Shown: positions 12,817 to 27,059, numbered from the stretch's first letter. The stretch: 64,000 bases of DNA from Stegostoma tigrinum (GCF_030684315.1 NC_081386.1:17059914-17123913), one strand, 5' to 3'. Program-made: numbers and translations. The notes: generated from the letters alone by a model not told the origin.

Positions 12817-12935
12817 ATGCGTTCATGGCTTTTGATGGTGGGAACTTGGCAATAACTGGTCAAAATGCAACAGCACAAATTTTCTCCTCTTATCCAGCTC
12901 CACATTTGTCTTTTGCAAATGGCTTTGCAGACCAG
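12817..12935 (+). CDS. aqp9: Aquaporin-9-like, coding exon 4 (loop C, N-glycosylation sequon NAT)
   Basis: Acceptor ttttag|AT and donor CAG|gtaaac. Size 119 bp, and phase matches exon 3. Translates DAFMAFDGGNLAITGQNATAQIFSSYPAPHLSFANGFADQ, which closely parallels the AQP9 loop-C region. Confidence 0.95.
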
Positions 12936-13937
12936 GTAAACATGAATGCTTTCAAAATAACTGAACACCTTGTCAACTAGCTTTAATGTGTTGCAGTTTT
13001 CACTACTTTTAATTAATGACAAGAGTTTTAAAAAATACCCTGCAGTTGATAATTCACTCTCAGTCCTTGAGGACTCAAGCATTAGACGTCTTATGAATTC
13101 AAGCTGGGGTGATTCCCGTGGAAAGTGCTGTGTTATGTTGGAGATGTGGAATCCTCCCCTCCATTTTCTCCATATTCTGCTCTGTACAAATTAGCTATCA
13201 TATTTCCTCCTAGGAAAAGGTGACTAACATTCCAAGGTAACTTATTGTTTGGGAAGTAATTTGATATGAAAGGAGCTATTTAAATGCAAGGTCTTTAGTG
13301 AAGTACTGATGCTTCATCCATAAGCTTCTCAGTTGCATTAGTAATACTTCTGACTGAATGAATGTTCCATTTTTAAAAACAAATTCAATTAGAAGATTAC
13401 AACTCTTTTGAATGTTTAGATTTAATCACAGAATAGTTTCATTGTGCATCTCTTATTTTGTTAAAACCCGACTGATGAAAGAAAGCTGCGATAATAAAAC
13501 TCATTTAAGTGTTGTTATTAATATGAGATACATCAAATCATCATAAAACATGCTCATTTATCCCAAGGGAGGAAAAATATTCAATCTAATTGACAGATTC
13601 AATTCACACAACAAAAGCATGGAAGAGTAAAAGATAATACTAAGATGGAATGATCCTCTAAGTATGTGCCAGCAGAAAGAAGTTTCAGGAGAACAGGAAA
13701 ATCACAGCGGCACTACCTTCAGTTTGTCCATTGGTGAGGACTCCCAGTGCTGCTGTGCATTCAGAAAATTGACTCCAACATTCCCGCTGGTGTTCGACGA
13801 GAGATCAAAGAAAACTACATGACAAGAAACAATCAAAGGCAGTGAGACAATAATACAAATACAAGTCAATTTGGAGGGGTAGACTGATTGTTTTCTTTGT
13901 CGTGCTACTCCAGTGGTCACAAGAAAATTTTGAATTA

Positions 13938-14010
13938 ATGAAGGGAATGTTGCTGATTATATATTAGATGGTATGAAGGGAATGTTGCTGATTATATATT
14001 AGATGGTATG
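13938..14010. repeat. Perfect 35-bp tandem duplication
   Basis: atgaagggaatgttgctgattatatattagatggt at 13938-13972 and 13973-14007, then atg. Confidence 0.95.
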
Positions 14011-16329
14011 TAGCTTAGTATCAGAAACTTGCCAGTTAAGTCCAAGTTACATTGAGATATTGAAGGCTTTTCACCATGAGGCCTTGTGAATTTTCTTGGT
14101 GTATCTTAATAAACTTCCCTTATTTATTACTCAATCCACCTAATAGTGTCTGTCTCTTCTGATTCTAGCCCCATTCTACTATGCACTGTTCCTAGAACAA
14201 TTCACTACTCAGTGAGTATTGATTGAAAGACTGGCAAACTTCGTGTCTGCACTTTGTCAAAATGCCACTGCACACACAAATGAGTGTTGGCAATTCAGCA
14301 TCACTCCTCACCACTGATGTAATAGCATAGCCGACATAAAGCCATACTACTCCTCAGCACACAGCCAGCATGGCTGACCTTCCCTTGCGCATACAATCCT
14401 ATTCTCTCACCCTAGTCTGTTTAAACCTGAAACTACACATTTTACCCTTCCTTGGCTACATTCTGCTCAGTCATCTTCTCTAAATCACCACTACTCTGTC
14501 CCTTGTGCCCAGTGTAGAGCTGCAGCTTGTCCAGGAGGGGAACATCACCTTGTCATGAGGTAACAAAATGATCTGGTGTGATATTGCACGGACAGCATTG
14601 ATTATTTTTCTGATACATTTGTGGGAGTACAACTGAGAGATCACTCCCTGGTAGGAAGCAGTCGCTTAGAAGTTTACGGCAGCTGTCACCTTCACAGTCC
14701 CTGGTAAAAGATAGTCTCCCATTCCTGCAGCCCTCAGATCTCATTCCAGCCTCTGACACAGTTCTGTCACTGTGTCTGAGCACATATGGAGCCTGTATTG
14801 GTATTGCCCCTTGTTCAGCCTCAGGGAATAGTATTGGAGATCAAAAACTCTGGGCCTCCTGCACCCCCATAAATCCCAGAGACCCTACTAATGCGGCCAA
14901 TCCCTGTGGTAGATGCTCCTCATTCTCCTGCCGGCCTACTCCTGTTCCCGATTTTGCTATTGAATCCTTCTCCTCCTGCATCTATCTTTGCCTTCTTAGG
15001 AAGGCACCCCAAGTAAATAAAAGGCTATCAGCATCTGGCACAGGACTCCTGCTGGAAATGGCCCATGGTGGGAACATCAGGAATGAATGAGGTTCTTATA
15101 TGTCAGATAAGTCATGAGCACATTGCACAGGTGAGGGCTGAGCACACAGTGAGACATGCTGCATCCTTATGTCTTCATCATTCATCCAGCTTCAGGCTCT
15201 ACATGTGCAACAACATGGTAAAGATGCTGTACTGGATGAGTGGCCAGCAGATTACTGATTGGGTGCACTCTGAATCTCCTCCTAGTCCAGACCCACATCA
15301 ATCATTCCACCTGTGACTGCATTCAGTATAGACTATTAAACTTAGATGCCAGATGGTGAAGATTTTCACAGCACCCTTGGACAATGCATGAATACTGGTT
15401 CACTTTTGGCTAGCACTGGGTTTTTGTAATGACATTGCTGCTAACATCACCTTCAACGAGAAGACAGATGTTTATTTTTCAAGCACCCACACACTGCATA
15501 TCACCTTTGACCAGCATCTGATCTTCCCCAGCACCTTCATTCTGCATGCATAGCAAATTGTCAATGAAATGATTGCATATTAAATTTAGCCAGGATTTGC
15601 AAAATGCCTACTTCATGTATTTGCCCCTTCAATGTCCTATCATCCAGCAGATGGGAATCCTGTGCTTTCACACCTCAAACTGACTGACCTGACACTCCCT
15701 GAGTGTTTTCCCAGTCATTTTTCAAACAGTAACTCACTTCTATAGAATAGCAAATAATGGCAGGGGAAACAGCTAATGGTGGACAATCTCTTTTTATGGC
15801 CATTCCAAATGAAGAAGTTTTAGAAATAAGTTGAACTGATTTACTCTATTTGGTCCCTCCTTCAAACAGAATAAGCATTCCCTCTCACTCCTAACCGAGG
15901 GAGGTAAATCAAAGGAAACATTATTTCCAGACTAGTTCAGGCCACCTCACAATTCAGCAGGCTTTGAGAATCTATTGATACTTGATAAAGCAATCTGTGA
16001 ACATCTGAATCTTCTCAGAGCAGCTTGTGATAAGCGTAATTAATTCAATTAATTAACTTTTTGGAATATTGTGTAAAATCAACTGATAATGTAAGTTTAG
16101 CCAGATGTAACTCTATGCTGGTTCCACAATGACATCTGTTACTGTTTGTTAGGACTTTCTACACCCTCTGTACAACAGGTGACTGAGTGTGCAAACAGAA
16201 ATTAGCACAGAGTGGAGATGACTTTCAACTTTGTCTTTCTCAAGTCAACTTCACTCCCATGGGTTGTCTGTATTGATGTTGAGATACATGCTCATCTAGG
16301 CTTCAGTGGACTTTGAACATCAGTTTGAC

Positions 16330-16570
16330 CATCAAACTGAAAACTGTACAGCAATAGTTCTGCCTACTCTACTCCAGACATGCAAAACAGACTGAGTACC
16401 ATCGTCATGCCTAGCAGTTCAGAAACTGAACTGATCTGGTCAAATAAACACAGTGTTTGCAAGACCATGTCAGAAGCTAGGAATACTGCAGTGAGTAACT
16501 CAACTCCTGACTCCCCAGAGCCTGCCCACCATCTACCAGGTATAAATCAGGAGAATGATGCCTGTTTGTG
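16330..16570 (+). mobile_element. Old CR1/L2-clade LINE remnant
   Basis: cagaaactgaactg...gctaggaatactgcagtgagtaactcaactcctgactccccagagcctgcccaccatctac resembles the post-RT part of LINE ORF2. Confidence 0.45.
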
Positions 16571-19500
16571 ACAAATTCCAGTTCTTTGGAATATCGTATG
16601 TTTCTTATTGATATGAATGTGGCTTATGATAATAATACTACACTTTATTTTAGTTTGCTTAGCACTGTGAGTATTACTGTTTTATATAAAATACTTAATG
16701 TTCTCTTAAATAAAAGGGTTTTTTTTATTATCCTTTTGTCCTGTGCCTTATTTTTAATGAACAATGATGGTACTGAAATTGAAAAGTTATAAAACTTTTA
16801 CATGAATTCCAGCTTGTAAGCAGTTATTGAAGAAATTTCAGAATCAACTGTCCCCATCTGGTCCTATTTTTTGATCCAGATCCTGCATTCACTTAATATT
16901 AATTTAGCATGTGGTTTGGATTTTCATTTGTGTGCAATAATGATAAATCTGTATCGCATTCTACAAAGATCCTCTTTCCATGCTCCTTTAGCCTTGATCT
17001 CTGGGGGTAGAATTTCTTCTTTAGTAAGTGTAAGAGTCTTGATGGAATGGAAGCCCCAATATCACAATCAAACACACCAGCTGTTCAGAACTTTAACGGA
17101 TAGAAAATTCGGAGCAACTCATGCCCAATTTTATACTAAAATGTTTTGCCCTGCCACGTTCTTTGCTGTATTTATTTTAGGTTAATTCACCAAGGATGAA
17201 ATTGAAGACCTTCCACCTTTGTATGACTTACTTCTACCCCAAGAAATGCATTTAACCACAAGACTTCTGAGCATGTGGTGCATTGGACGAACATCTTCAC
17301 AGTGGCCTATTCCAATGTTACACTGTGATAAGGAGAATTACATCCACTGTTAACTTGAACAAGCCAAGATTTACACCAGAGTGTCCTGAGCAAGCTTATA
17401 TGAATACCTATTGGAGTAGCCATTGATGTAAATGCCATGTAAAATTAGTTTAATTGACTGCAGTGCATGGGAATCGGAGTGGATTCTTTAAAAGGAGCGT
17501 TCAATCTGCACAGGACTGGAGATGGGTGGGGCGGTCACAGGAAGAAACAATGCCTGGCTCAATGAATTCCTGGAAGATTTTTGGATCTTTTCATCAATCT
17601 GTCTATCGTCCTTTACAAAAATTATGTCTACAACACCAGCACTTGAACTAAGTAAATGGAGAAAATGACAGAACTTCAGCAAATGAACCCTACTTCAAAA
17701 AAACTACAAGTCATAATGAATAAGTGCAGTCTCATGTGCAAGTCAGCCATGCTCAAACTGAAAGAGATGGCACTAGCAATGAGAGTCAACTCCCTTACCT
17801 TCAGGACCACGGATTAGCACAGCAAGGTGATCAACAGCCTCGCCACGGCAGTTAAGATAACAGGCTGGATACTGCTCCTTTCCTTCTTTGCCTACCAGCA
17901 CATATGTTAAGGTAACATATGCATAATTAACCCATCAAAGCACACTCTTGTTAATGAAGGCTTACACGTGTCATTTTGTGCTAAATCCAGCTACGTCCCC
18001 ATACGGCTCCCTTCAGTCGGCTGACATCTCTTCCTTCAGCAATTTCGTGTCACTTGGCACACACTGCTCAGCTGTTGGGCTTCCCTCATTTGCTCTATCT
18101 TATTGCAGGAGAAAGGGGAACCCAAAGAACGACCAAGGCAGGTCATGAGGGGCATCCCCATCCTGAATGCCCTCCCATCCTAGAAGAGAAAGCTATGGAG
18201 TCGGTGAGGATGCATTCTGTTCTTGCTGTGGGAGTTGGTGAGTTCGATGGCAAATTACTATTGCCACTAATACATACATTGTCACCCTAATATTCTTAAA
18301 TTATGCTCTCATTTCCTGCAGATCCGTTACCATGATGCAGACAATAGGTGATGATGAGGAGGAGCATTAGGGTCAATGTCTTTTGTTCACGCTTTATAAT
18401 GTGATTCTGAAGCACTAGGCCACACAGAAATTCCTGGAGCGTGATCCTACACGACGTTTATTTGCACCATCTCGGTCTGTGTCACCTGATGAGAAATCAC
18501 TGCTTCCATAGGCCCTAGTTATTTTGATCTGGGGCTGTTACATCGTACAGTTACTGTGCAGCAGAGGGCACAAGGGAGCTGGAGGAGTGATGGCGGAAAC
18601 CCCATGAAGGCTGAGGTGAAAGCTCTCTATGGCTTCAGAGATGAGGGATTCAGAGCTCTTGGATGTTTACCGGAAAATAGGATTTTCAAGAAATGGCTGT
18701 AGCAGGGACTTGGGTGTGTGGTAACTGCTAGATGTGCTAAAGTCTACAACTCACTTTCACGGCAATATCTCAAAAGTTTGTCTTTGTTTTCTGAACAAAT
18801 GGCAATTCACCAGAGTTAGACCCTCAGCTAAGAAACAACCAATGACCTATTTCTACCTCTATTTTCACTTTAGCAGAGGCCCCTCCTGAGTGGCAACAGT
18901 GGAGGGAATACAGAGTGCCCTGCATAATGGCTTCCAGATCACAAACAGCTGTTACACAACATACAATAGATATCTGGAGGCGGGAACAGGTCTCTTAAAT
19001 CATGAAATCCTGCGTTGCTCCAGGCCTGGGCCCCTGGCAACATTTCTGTCTTTTGAACTTTCTCCCCCCACTCTCCCCAGCTCCTGACCTGAGCACCATA
19101 GCCCAGGGCCTCAGTTATTGAGCCCTGATGTATCCCCACTCTGTCCCATGTCTTGCCTGTAGGTCAATGCATCCCTCCAATCATTGAGGCCACATTTCCT
19201 GAACTCAGTACAATGCTAACAGCTAGCATCTGCCTGATTTTGCTATCTCTTGGAGCAGCAGCAAGCACCATCAGCTTTCTCCCTCAGAGCACAATGGTGA
19301 TTTTCTGAAGACCTACCAGCAGTATTCAAAGATGCAGCCAGAAGTACCTTTCTTCCAGCAGAAAGGAGGTCATTTTGTCCTATTACTGTTTTCTGGAGTA
19401 TGAGGAAAAACTATCTCCTGCGATTCAAGCATCTAGAGTTTCCAAAACAGGTGACAGAAAATGCATGTAGGTCTCTCGGGAAGCATAGTGTTTAAACAGG

Positions 19501-22329
19501 TTGATTAATCACAATTACTGTACCAAAATAGAATGGGCAATTTGCTAAATATACATGTTTGAATCTTATAGGAAAGGATCACTTTATTTGGTGTGGATCC
19601 ATTCACTCAAGTGATGATTATGGCCATATTTACTAAGGGTAAAAAAAACTGATATATTATTAAGTTATTTAATGGAAAATTAATTGAGTGAATCCTGTAC
19701 CGTAAGTAAGTTGAAGAGAAGGATGAAAAACTGTGGTGTCAAAAATACATTGAAGAGAAGCTTTCAGTGATGTGACGTACTCTGATGTAAGAATCACTGG
19801 AAATTCATCTGAGAGCAGGTTATTATGATGGTCTCTGCATGTTCTGCCCCCAACAGAGTCAAGATCTCCTCACCAATAGTAACAAATGCCAGCTTTTAAT
19901 TTTTAAACTGTGTGGGATGTAGAAGTCATTGACTAGGTCAACATTTATTCCCATCTCTAACTGTCCTTGAGAAAGGGGTTGTAAGCTTCGTTACTCAACT
20001 ACTACAGTCCTAGGTGTTTAGAAGCAACCACAGTGCTGTTAGGAATGGAGTTCCAGTATTTCAACCTGAAGAAATTGAAAATAGTTCCAAGTCAGGATCA
20101 TTCTTTGTTTGCAGGGGAACTGCAGCTGATGATATTCCCATGCAACTGCTGCTCCTTTCCTTTTAGGTGGATGAAACTGAGGATTTGTGAGATGCTGTCA
20201 AATGGCACAACTGGTATAACTGATCAGAGGACAATATCTGGAAGTATTGCGAAGCCTCTCCTGAACCTTTGAGCAATTGCTAGTATTTCTTTAAGACCTA
20301 ATGGACTTCCGGATGATATGCATCGTTGTAATGCACTATAGTAATTTTTCACTGGAGAATAACCTGAAATCATCAGTTGATGTAATTTCCATTCCTAAGG
20401 TGATCAGGCAGTGCTTAATCGCCAAGGGTGGAGATATCTTGAAGCCTTTCAACTTATTAGAATTTGACAAATAAGGTACATTGCATATAACTTAACCCGA
20501 ACTTTGGAGAAATCAGCATCCCTGTAAAAATAGATCACCCAACATTTTTGCTGTCTTGCAGGGAGGTCAGAGGTGGTGAATTTGACAGCTGTTCTGCATC
20601 AATGGCCTAAAGTATGCATGGCTGAACTGTAAAGTTCACTGCTAGCTGTAGGACATGAAATAGAATGAAGTGGTTACATTCATAACCACTGGGAGTAGGT
20701 AGATCAATGGCTGCAACTCACCATTCAGCACAAAACCCTCTTGCCATTTTGGTGAAATGCACTAAATGCTTCTTGAATAAAAATCTCAGTTGACATGTGC
20801 TGCCTGTATGTTCCATGGGAGATGTAATACTTGTGTGAGCTGCAGTCTCTTGAAATGCTGATGGGCTCTACTTTGTTTCATCCTCCTGCTCCTTGCTAAT
20901 GGAATTACCCAGATTTTCATCCCTGCTGCTATGAAACCATTACCTTGACATGGGATTGGCAGGACCACTTACACTCATCCCAACTCCACAGATTTATTTA
21001 TAAATTACCCAATATTTCTAATAGCACTTATGTGCTCCTTTTTAACCACTGATTCTTAGTGGCAATTGATGGAACATGTGTGACACACATTATTTTCATT
21101 GATAGTTCAGAATTGAATATAGGTCCTATGATGTTGATTTTCCCAGACTAATGAAGTGACTCTAGTTTACCGGTCTGTGTACTTCGGCTGCCCATTTCAA
21201 GGACCCCCTTCAAACGATACCAGCAGTGGCAACTGGATCAATTTTCATTATGCAGCTGACTTGTTTGTGCCAAATGGGGAAAGAGTCATCTTGGCCAATG
21301 CTGCATAACTCCTGTTATCAGCTTTATGCAAACTGTTGCCTTTTGAATTACAAAAACAACTGATTCACATTTCTTAGCAACCAGGTAGAACACTACTGAC
21401 TGGAGAGCGGAGGATTGGACAACTGTGTTCTTCAACATGGTACAACCTGATGAAGCATAAGCAGGAAAGCAAACAAAGCTTTGCGCTATTCGATGAAAAG
21501 CCTTCAGTTGTTCTCTCATTTGCCAATATATCTTAAAGCTATGCGACAAGAGGAAATGAGAAACAATGAGCAAGGCAAAGCTAAAGCTAAAGATAATTTT
21601 TTAAAACTCCAGCATGAAAGCCAAGCCCCTAAAAAAACTGACAGAATGAATATGCAACCATCAAATACAAATGCATTTCCACGTACCATTTCTGTTCTGA
21701 GATACAATGATTTTCATTTCAATAATTTATGATTCTTATATTGTCATACAATTATCATGCATCTAGCACAACTCAACTATATTTAATTCAATTATGTATG
21801 TTATAAACATGGAGACAGTGGATTCATCAAATAAATTTAACCTGTGATGCAAAAATACACAGTACCTGTATTATTCTTTGGACTCAAGCTTTCAAGCATG
21901 ACATACTCTTGATTAATTTTCAAAAGGCAGTCCTATGAATTTCCACCTGTCACTCAAAGAATATCTCTATGTCTTCAAGATACAATTGCAAGTATGAACC
22001 TCTTTGCAAATTTTATCATCAATTCAGATACATCTCAAAATGAAGAACGTGAATCATGTTTTGAAATCATTTGGGAAAGCAAACAGGAAATCAAACCTGG
22101 AGGATGCTTTTTTTCATGTAAATTGATGGAAAAAATTGAAGTTGTAAATGGGATTAAGCAAGTACATAACTAATGAAGTTTACTGTAAGAAAAACAGAAA
22201 ATGCAGATAATACACAATAATTTCTGTGAAGAGAGAAAAGTTAATGTTTCATTTGCATTTTTTACAAATCATCAAGACCTGGAGAATTTTAGTTTTGTAT
22301 TAATGAAACATGCTTCTTGTGTTGAACAG

Positions 22330-22547
22330 ATGGTGGGTACTGCTGCTCTGCTCTTCTCCATTCTGGCTATTTTGGACTCTAAGAATGATTGCGTCCCCAA
22401 AGGCTTGGAGCCAGTGGTGATTGGCCTCATCATTATGGTCATTGGTCTTTCGATGGGCTTCAACTGTGGTGGCCCCATCAATCCAGCTCGTGATCTTGGA
22501 CCAAGACTCTTCACAGCTGTGGCTGGATGGGGATTTGAGGTTTTCAC
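22330..22547 (+). CDS. aqp9: Aquaporin-9-like, coding exon 5, with the second motif NPARD
   Basis: Acceptor aacag|ATG and donor AC|gtaagt. Size 218 bp. Translates [77 protein letters not shown] is the glyceroporin signature. Confidence 0.95.
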
Positions 22548-22779
22548 GTAAGTGATAATGAATAATTCGAATACAACAGTAAACATTGTGCCTAAAAGCA
22601 AATCTAAAGGCACTCCTCAGATCCTGAAAAAACAGGTGCAGTTAGTAGAAACAATTTACATTCATTATTTGGGCAAGGCCAGTTTTGTAGGCAGATCAAG
22701 ATTTCAGCTAAAATTCCTTAACTTTGATTCCGCTGATAAATGGACTAATGAAGAAAGGTTGCACTGGTTCGGTGACTAT

Positions 22780-23180
22780 ATGGTAAACTTAGAGATTGAC
22801 AGGTGATCTTCTTGAAATAAAAAAATCTGAGGTGATTCATTAGGACAGACACTTAAAAAGATGGTTCCTCTCATGGGGGAGTCTAGAATTAGATCACAGT
22901 TTAAAAGTAAGGGACCTCCCATTTAAGATGGCGATGAGGAACAATTTCTTCTTTAAGAGCGTTATTCATCTTTGGAATTCTCTATTGCAGAGAACTGCAG
23001 AGGTGAGCTCATTGAATGTGTTCAAGGTTGAGTTAGATAGATTCTTAACTACAGGGAGTCAAGGTTTCTGGGGAACAGACCAGAAAGTGAAGGTGAAGCC
23101 ACAATCAGATCAGCCACAAACTAACTGAATGGCAGAGCAAGCTCAAGAGACCAATTTGTCTGCTTCTATTTCTTGCATTC
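22780..23180 (+). mobile_element. CR1 LINE 3' fragment
   Basis: ORF 22928-23128 reads MRNNFFFKSVIHLWNSL...FKVELDRFL, the typical CR1 ORF2 C-terminus. Confidence 0.85.
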
Positions 23181-23854
23181 TTAACGAAGCAAATTTGAAC
23201 CTCTAAGATACAAGTAGTTCTGCCTTCTCTCTATAAACTTCAGAATCCAACTGTGTAAACTCCACAATCCACATGTTCCTTTCTCCTCTTCTACAATACA
23301 GCATATCAATCCTGCAGCTAACCATGTTTTACAGTTACAAACAAAACAGAACACTTCCTGATTTAATTAGTAGCCTGGCCATGTGATGTCTTTCTAAGCT
23401 TTCAGTATTTCCATGAGCTACTATCCTTGGGATCATTGTGTTTTGATTTTACTTTCCATTAGCAGTTCACTGCACAGGAGCATATCTGATACATCAATGG
23501 CTCAGATCAGTTAAATTCGCTGGCACAGAAGAGTTGAGTAAATTTTCAACTCCTAGCCGACAACAATCTCATGGAAATATATTTCCTCTAGATTTCATCT
23601 TAGTAATATGGTAAATTTGATTAGGAGCTAGGGAACTCCAGCTTTAGAATTGCATGTTTCTCCCTTAAAATTACTCAACTGAGCAAAATGCAAATGGCAC
23701 AATCGTCTCTTGATGTACTTCAAAATCCAACAAACAGTACAGGTGCCCCACACTTAGTTTACTTTTCCAACATTCACCCCTACTGCCACTCACCCTCTAA
23801 TTTAGAATTTCTGTATTGACTGGAGGCAGAAGGTGATATCTTCTTAATGACCAT

Positions 23855-24745
23855 GGAATTAGAATCATAGAGTTATACAAAGACCTTCAGTCCAACTCGT
23901 CAATGCCAACTAGACATCCTAATCTGACCTATTCCCATTTGCCAACATTTGGCCCACATCGCTCTAAAACCTTCCGATTCATATACCCAGATGCCTTTTA
24001 AATGTTGTAATTGTACCTGTCTCTTCCTCTGGCAGCTTGTTCCATAGATGCACTATCCTCTGTATGTAAAAGCCAAAAGGTCCTTTTTAAATCAATCCCC
24101 TCTCACCTTAAAACAGCACCCTCTTGATTTGGACTCCCCCACCATAGGAAAGAGATCTTAGCTGTTCACCATGTCTACGATACTCATGCTTTTATAAACC
24201 TCTACAAGGTCACCCCTCAACCTCTGATTTTCCACTAGAAAAGCCTCAGCTTATTCAGCCTCTCCCTACAGTTCAAACCTGTCAGTCCCGGCAACATCCG
24301 TGTAAATCTTTTCTGCACCCTCTTAGGTTTAACTCTCAGAAGGGAGATCGAATTGAGCACAGTGTTTCAAAAGTGGCCTCACCAATGTCCTGCACAGCCA
24401 CATACGTCCCAACTCCTATACGCAATGTTCTGACCAATGAAGACAAGTGTACCAAACATCATCTTCATCACCCTGTCTGTCTGCAACTCTTACTTTCAAG
24501 AGGCTATGCATCTGCAATCCTAGATCTCTTTGTTCGGCAACACTCCTCAGGGCCACCGTTAACTCTATAAATCCTGCCCTGGGTTGCCTTATCAAAATGC
24601 AACCCTCACATTTATCTAAATTAAACTCCATCTGCTACTCATCAGCCAATTGACCCATATGACCAAGGTTCTATTGTAATTTAAGATAATCTTCTTCACT
24701 GTCCACTACACCACTAATTTCAGTATAATCTGCAAATTTATTAAT
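23855..24745 (-). mobile_element. 5'-truncated CR1 LINE
   Basis: Minus strand encodes KFADYT and MEFNLDKCE...EQRDLG. The tail is reversed at ~23860 (tagaatcatagag). Confidence 0.88.
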
Positions 24746-25689
24746 GAAAACGAACTCCCAGTTTTTCCTAATGTTGACCACAGTAAAGATGAGGACAAAT
24801 GATTAATTATACATTTAGCACTAAGGAAGTTTCTGATTGAAGGGTGCCATATGGTGCCATCTGTTATGTTGGCATAAGATGGGTGACAGCCTTATCCTCC
24901 AGAATCTAATACAAGTGATGATATTATGACTTGTTTTGTAGCCACAACTGACATAAGCTCAGCTCCTCAGGCTTGTTTAACCTGGCAGTACACCCTCTGA
25001 TTATATTTATTCCTCGGTACCTGATGTGCTGATGAATAAACAGAATGCATGCATGCCAGGTACTACTTGGTGCATGATAGAATGAGACACTATGTACTAA
25101 GATTGTGCAAGCCCTGAGCTCCAAAGAAAGAGTGGTCAAATTGCATTCACAATGCACAAACTAATAGTGCAAATGATGTGTGTTCTTTAATACATTTCAA
25201 TCCCCCTGTGCAAATAGTTTAAAAAGGATATTGGAATCAATTCATAGTGACCTGTGGGCTGTGAATGCACAACAATTCAAAGTTTTTGAAGTTGTGCTTT
25301 CTAATGAAGCACATGAGTATGGTCCTGGGTGAATACTGTGCAATCAGTTTGCTGTGTTTTGATGAATTAAACTAAGGGCTTCTCTGGACTCTCAGCTCAA
25401 TATGAAAAATCCCATGACAGCATTTGAAAAAGGGCAAGGGATTTCTTCCATTTGCCTTTAGCCAACATTTAAAACACATAACCTTGTCATTGTCATATTG
25501 TTGCTTATGGGAACTCCTATGGATCAATCGGGTGTCACATTTCCTGGGCCATGTGGAGCCTGCACTGATCATTTTTTGCAATAGGAAAACTCTATGAGTG
25601 ACCTCCAACAATGAAAAACTGCTGAAATCCGCCAGATATCTAAGCAGTTGAGTGGTGGAGGTAGTGACTTAGGTGTAGTGATGGAGAAG

Positions 25690-25975
25690 GTAGAGGCATT
25701 GTGGCAATATTACAAGACTGGTAATTCAGGTACATATTCAGGGACAATGATTCATATCCAACCATGGCAGATGGCGATATTTACATTTGATTATTTAAAC
25801 AATAATATCTAATGGCAACCATGATTGTCATAAAAAATGCATCTGGTTTCGGGGAAGAAGTGTATCATTCTTACTTGGTCTGGCCACTTGTGATCCCAGA
25901 TCCACAGCCCAGGAAGGCACTTAGTGATAAGTGACAAATAGTGGTTCAGCCAGCAACGGCCACATTAAAAAAAAA
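25690..25975 (+). mobile_element. Degenerate tRNA-SINE (34262 family)
   Basis: accatggcagatgg, catctggtt, cttacttggtctggcc, cagccagcaac and an A-tail. Confidence 0.55.
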
Positions 25976-26330
25976 CAACATAAAGCTAAAGTATGCAAAA
26001 GTAATGCTCTGTTTTTTATCTTTTCCACTAAATGAGGAAATTCCAGCTAGTGGGCCCTGTTGTAAAATTTAAAGAAAGAGATTTCAGAAAAAACTTTAAA
26101 GAGGTCCTGCACATTAGAGAACAGGTTCACCTGAATCTGAGTTGCAGGCTTGTGTGAATCCAGCAGTCAGGCTGTTTGGTAAAAGCTAGTTCAGGATCAG
26201 TAAACAAGACTGTTCCATACTAGAAGGAGACACTCGATCAGACTGAAGAAAGAGACAAGTGAGACAGCAGAAACACTGAACATTTTCTATTATTTGGAAT
26301 GGTCTGTTTGTTGTTTTATATTTTCACATA

Positions 26331-26975
26331 CTCCCTGAAGATGTCAGTACAGATAGACAGGTAGTGAAGAAGGCATGTGGAATATTCAGCTTCATTAGTA
26401 AAGGCATAGAATATAGGAGCAAGCAAGTCTTTTTGCAACTTTATACAACATTGTTTAGGCCACAGATGGAATACTGGTCAGGTTGGCACAGTATCAAAAG
26501 AATGTGACTGCACCGGAGAGGGTGCCCAGGAGATTCACCAGGATTTGCCTGTGATGAAAAGTCTCAGTTATGAGGAGAGTTTGGATAGGCTGGGTTTGTT
26601 TTCACTGAAGCAGGGAAGGCTGGGGGGAGATTTGGTTGAGGTACTAGTATGCAAAATAATGAGCAGTATAGACAAAGTAGATTGTAGAATCTCTTCCCCA
26701 CATCTAGGACCAGATGACATAAATTTTAGGTGAGAAACAACAGGTTTAGAGGAGATATGAAGAGGAATTCTTTTCATCCAGAGGGTGGTAAATATATGGA
26801 ACGTGCTACTTGAGAGGGTGGGGGAGGCAGATACTCTTAAAAAGGATTTGGATGAGTACTTAAAATACCAGTCAGAGTAGGCTATGAACCAAGTACAGAT
26901 AAATTTGGTGCTTGTTGGTCAGCATAGACATGGTGGGCCAAAAGGCCTGTTTCTGTGCTGTACGCCTATGTTCTA
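26331..26975 (+). mobile_element. CR1 LINE 3' fragment
   Basis: LSYEESLDRLGLFSLKQGRLGGDLVEV, and tail ggcctgtttctgtgctgtacgcctatgttcta. Confidence 0.88.
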
Positions 26976-27059
26976 ACTATAAATTATACATTGTTTGTAC
27001 GTAGTGGGCATGGAACTTTGATTATTTGACTGTTAGTTATGAATGCCCTTTGATAAAAA

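Noticed and set aside
12546-12980. ORF-track 144-aa ORF as a complete protein
   Set aside because: It is exon 3, intron 3 and exon 4 plus flanking intron read-through. Splice sites define the real coding parts. The same applies to ORF 22201-22551.
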